Assembly: GCA_951406725.2 (NCBI GenBank)
Contig: OX597833.1
Span: 1,240,001 to 1,304,000 of the forward strand
DNA from: Octopus vulgaris
Taxonomy: Eukaryota
Length of the DNA stretch: 64,000 nt
Reading direction: 5' to 3'
The notes beneath the pieces are model-generated. The model made no database searches. It had not been told where the DNA came from and worked only from the letters and a program-made list of their open reading frames with translations. Below, piece after piece: positions 59,651 to 64,000 of this stretch (positions are counted from its first letter, which is position 1; the number at the start of each line of letters is the position of its first letter). The translations under genes were made by a program, and so were the position numbers.

Positions 59651-59682
<32 letters not shown>

Positions 59683-59738
59683 TGTATGTATGTATGTATG
59701 TATGTATGTATGTATGTATGTATGTATGTATATGTATG

Positions 59739-59772
<34 letters not shown>

Positions 59773-59828
59773 TGTATAAATGTATGTATGTATGTATGTA
59801 TGTATGTATGTATGTATGTATGTATATA

Positions 59829-59864
<36 letters not shown>

Positions 59865-59978
59865 TGTATGTATGTATGTATGTATGTATGTATGTATGTA
59901 TGTATGTATATATGCATGTGTGTATGCATGTATGTATGTATGTATGTATGTATGTATGTATGTATGTATGTATGTATG
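59030..59978. repeat. (ATGT)n microsatellite, ~950 bp
   Basis: Directly visible tetranucleotide run. Confidence 0.95.
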
Positions 59979-60103
59979 GTAGAAACGTTTGAAGGTATGA
60001 ATGTGTGTGTATATATACATATACACATACATATTTTTGTAAATATATATAAGTACGTATATTTATATATGTGTGTGTGTGTGTCTAAATATATATATAC
60101 ATG

Positions 60104-60222
<119 letters not shown>

Positions 60223-60352
60223 ATAGTATGTACGTGTGTGTGTTATTTGTGTGTAGTTGTGACTACATAAGAAATGAATCTTCGCGATTTGTTTTTTGCA
60301 CGAGAGTGTGGGAATACGCACGAGTACTAATTAGTATGTATATACGATAATC

Positions 60353-60383
<31 letters not shown>

Positions 60384-60530
60384 GAGGTGCGCGCGCGTTT
60401 GTTTTATAATCATAAACACAACGAGTATTACCTGAATCAACGACTCGCGCCAGGTGTAAACTCCAATATTTTACATAATCTTATTAACAGTAAATTCAAA
60501 GTTTCTTCGACTTAGGGCATCGATATGTGT

Positions 60531-60877
<347 letters not shown>

Positions 60878-60957
60878 ATATGTATTTTCGTATACACCTA
60901 CAGGAATTCATATTTACACAAAATGTATGTATATATATACATATATAAACGTATATT

Positions 60958-61006
<49 letters not shown>

Positions 61007-61115
61007 GTATAGAAAAGAAAAAAGCAATAAAACTGATAAGTTGATAACCTCTAACTTATACTTTTCTTAATATATATATTTATATATACATATATAAATA
61101 TATATGTATGTGTGT

Positions 61116-61174
<59 letters not shown>

Positions 61175-61263
61175 TAAACAGTAAAAATAATTACAGACAT
61201 GGACAAGAACATGAAACACCACAGAGACGACACAAGAACCACTGGACGGGACATTCGAAGCCC

Positions 61264-61325
61264 TCAGTCATCAGTCAAGAACCAGATCATCTTAGCAATT
61301 TCGGCTGATTAATCTTGAGATTGCT
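61264..61325 (-). ncRNA. Non-circularly permuted hammerhead ribozyme motif, best-preserved copy
   Basis: AGCA AUC UCAAGA uuaa UCAG cc GAAAU UGCU aagaugaucuggu UCUUGA CUGAUGA CUGA; all three stems are Watson-Crick. Confidence 0.8.
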
Positions 61326-61695
61326 CCGATTTGGGCAGCCCGCCAAGGGAAATCTAAGCCAAGCGCATTAGATCCCCTGGAAGAAAGCTTCGAATGTATA
61401 CAACACGAGGACGGAAAACGAACGAAGTACACGAACAAAAATACAGAATACGTGACACCAATAAGAATACAAAAACGTAAAAACAATAACGGTAAAAATA
61501 AAAAACAAAACAAAACCAGGACGTAGGACAAGGGTCTTTCGACAGGACGAGTTGAGTTTAGGGCTGGCTTATGAAGTTGTGTGTGTGTGTGTGTGTATAC
61601 ATACATACATACATACATGCACACCTTTATAAATGCAGAGATACACTTATATAAACAACTAGCTGTATGTGCATATATGTGTGTGTGTACACACA

Positions 61696-61752
<57 letters not shown>

Positions 61753-61771
61753 TACGCACATACATACATAC

Positions 61772-61837
<66 letters not shown>

Positions 61838-62134
61838 CATATATATACAAACACATACTTGCATGTATGTATATATACATGTGCACACACACACACACAC
61901 CTGTATGACTGTTGGGTGTCTGTTTATACATTTGCGGGACTAAAACTGATAAAACACCATGGAAGTGTGTGTACATGCATGTGCTTCTATGCCTGCATGT
62001 GTGTATGAATGTATGCATGTATGTATGTATGTATATATGCAAATATTAATGAATAGCTGTATGTGCACTTATGTATGCGTGTGTATGTACGTGAGTCTGT
62101 GTGTGTGTGAGAGAAAGAGTTTTGGTTAATGTGT

Positions 62135-62358
62135 ACTCTTTACTCTTTTACTCTTTTACTTGTTTCAGTCATTTGACTGCGGCCATGCTGGAGCACCGCC
62201 TTTTTAATCGAGCAACTCGACCCCGAGACTTATTCTTTTGTAAGCCCAGTACTTATTCTATCGGTCTCTTTTGCCGAACCGCTAAGTGACGGGGACATAA
62301 ACACACCAGCATCGGTTGTCAAGCAATGCTAGGGGGACAAACACAGACACACAAACAT

Positions 62359-62408
<50 letters not shown>

Positions 62409-63352
62409 TAGGCATGTGTCTGTATATACTCATGTTTTGATGAATGTACGTGGCTGTGTGGTAAGATGATTGCTTCCCAACCACATGGTTCCGGGTTCAG
62501 TCCCATTGCGTGGCACCTTGGGCAAGTGTCTTCTACTATAGCACCGGGCCGACCACAGACTCGTGAGTGGATTTATTAGACGGAAAGTGAAAGAAACCTG
62601 TCAAATGTAAATATAGGCGCAGGAGTGGCTGTGTCGTAAGTAGCTTGCTAACCAACCACATGGTTCCGGGTTCAATCCCACTGCGTGGCATCTTGGGCAA
62701 GTGTCTTCTACTATAGCCCCGGGCCGACCAAAGCCTTGTGAGTGGATTTGGTAGACGGAAACTGAAAGAAGCCTGTCGTGTATATGCATATATATATATG
62801 TGTCTGTGTTTGTCCCTCACCCAACATCGCTTGACAACCGATGCTGGTGTGTTTACGTCCCTGTTACTTAGCGGTTCGGCAAAAGAGACCGATAGAATAA
62901 GTACTGGGCTTACAAAGAATAAGTCCCAGGGTCGAATTGCTCGACTAAAGGCGGTGCTCCAGCATGGCCACAGTCACATGATTGAAGCAAGTAAAAGAGT
63001 AAAAGAGTATGTGTGTGTGTGTGTGTGTGTGTGTACGTGTGTGTGTGTACGTGTGTGTGTGTACGTGTGTCTTTCTGTCTGTTTCTGCCGACTGAGTTAG
63101 CGGTGTGTCAATTCATTCTACTAAGAACGTTCAAGGCGGTGCCCCAGCATGGCCGCGGCCCAATGGCTGGAACAATTGAAAGGAAAAGATATACATATAC
63201 ATAGGCGTAGGAGTGGCTGTGTGATAAAAAGCTTGCTTACGAACCACATGGTTCCAGGTTCAGTCCCACTGCGTGGCACCTTGGGTAAGTGTCTCGGGCC
63301 GACCAAAGCCTTGTGAATGGATTTGGTAGATGGAAACTGAAAGAAGCCCATC

Positions 63353-63434
<82 letters not shown>

Positions 63435-63646
63435 ATGTGCGTGTTTGTGTGTCTGTGTTTGTCCCTCCAACATCGCTTGACAACCGATGCTGGTGTGTTT
63501 ATGTCCCCGTCACGCAGCGGTTCGGCAAAAAGAGATCGATAAAATAAGTACTAGGCTTACAAAGAATAAGTCCAGGGGTCGATTTGCTCGACTAAAGGCG
63601 GTGCTCCAGCATGGCCACAGTCACATGATTGAAACAAGTAAAAGAG
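62135..63646. mobile_element. Cluster of SINE family B copies
   Basis: 62135-62365 (-, 3' half), 62449-62600 (+, 5' half), 62616-63008 (+), 63204-63646 (+). Confidence 0.85.
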
Positions 63647-63674
63647 TATATATATATATGTATTTGTGTGTGTG

Positions 63675-63723
<49 letters not shown>

Positions 63724-64000
63724 CGGATATATACGAACATACATACATACATACTTATATATGTGTGTGTGTATATATATATATATAGATAGATAGATAT
63801 AGATATAGATATTTACACTTGTATACACGCGTGCTTGTGTCACTGTGAGAGTGTGTGTATATAGTTACATGTTTATCAATGTAAGTATGTATGTACATAG
63901 TATGTGCGTGTACATGTATGTATACATCGTCAAATGTATATGTGTATGCATGTACGTATGTGTGTACGTATGTATGTATGTCTGGATGGATGCACATATG

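Noticed and set aside
57691-59982. 763-aa ORF and the many [16 protein letters not shown] ORFs across the window
   Set aside because: Stop-free translations of microsatellites and CT-rich tracts; no domain content.

Overview
Eukaryotic, AT-rich, extremely microsatellite- and retroposon-dense DNA. The repeat landscape resembles cephalopod (Octopus-like) genomes; this is inference from memory, not a database hit. No intact host protein-coding gene is visible, and almost all listed ORFs are translations of simple repeats. Recognisable content: two abundant tRNA-headed SINE families, one of which forms exact 180-bp concatemers; a tRNA-Arg-like SINE; a decayed Penelope-like element (RT + GIY-YIG, ~3.06-5.29 kb, minus strand); R4/Dong-like LINE fragments and a ~550-bp repeat clustered in (TAA)n tracts; an ORF1-only non-LTR element; and Helitron, Helentron, mariner and Tigger remnants. 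The main discovery is about 15 hammerhead ribozyme (HHR) motifs in short non-coding elements, most beside (TA)n tracts. About ten are type I, several in ~480-bp head-to-tail or inverted units. Five have a NON-circularly permuted strand order (NUH strand, then GAAA strand, then CUGANGA strand), with compensatory changes in stems I and III between copies. All structures were read by eye and none has been tested for cleavage.
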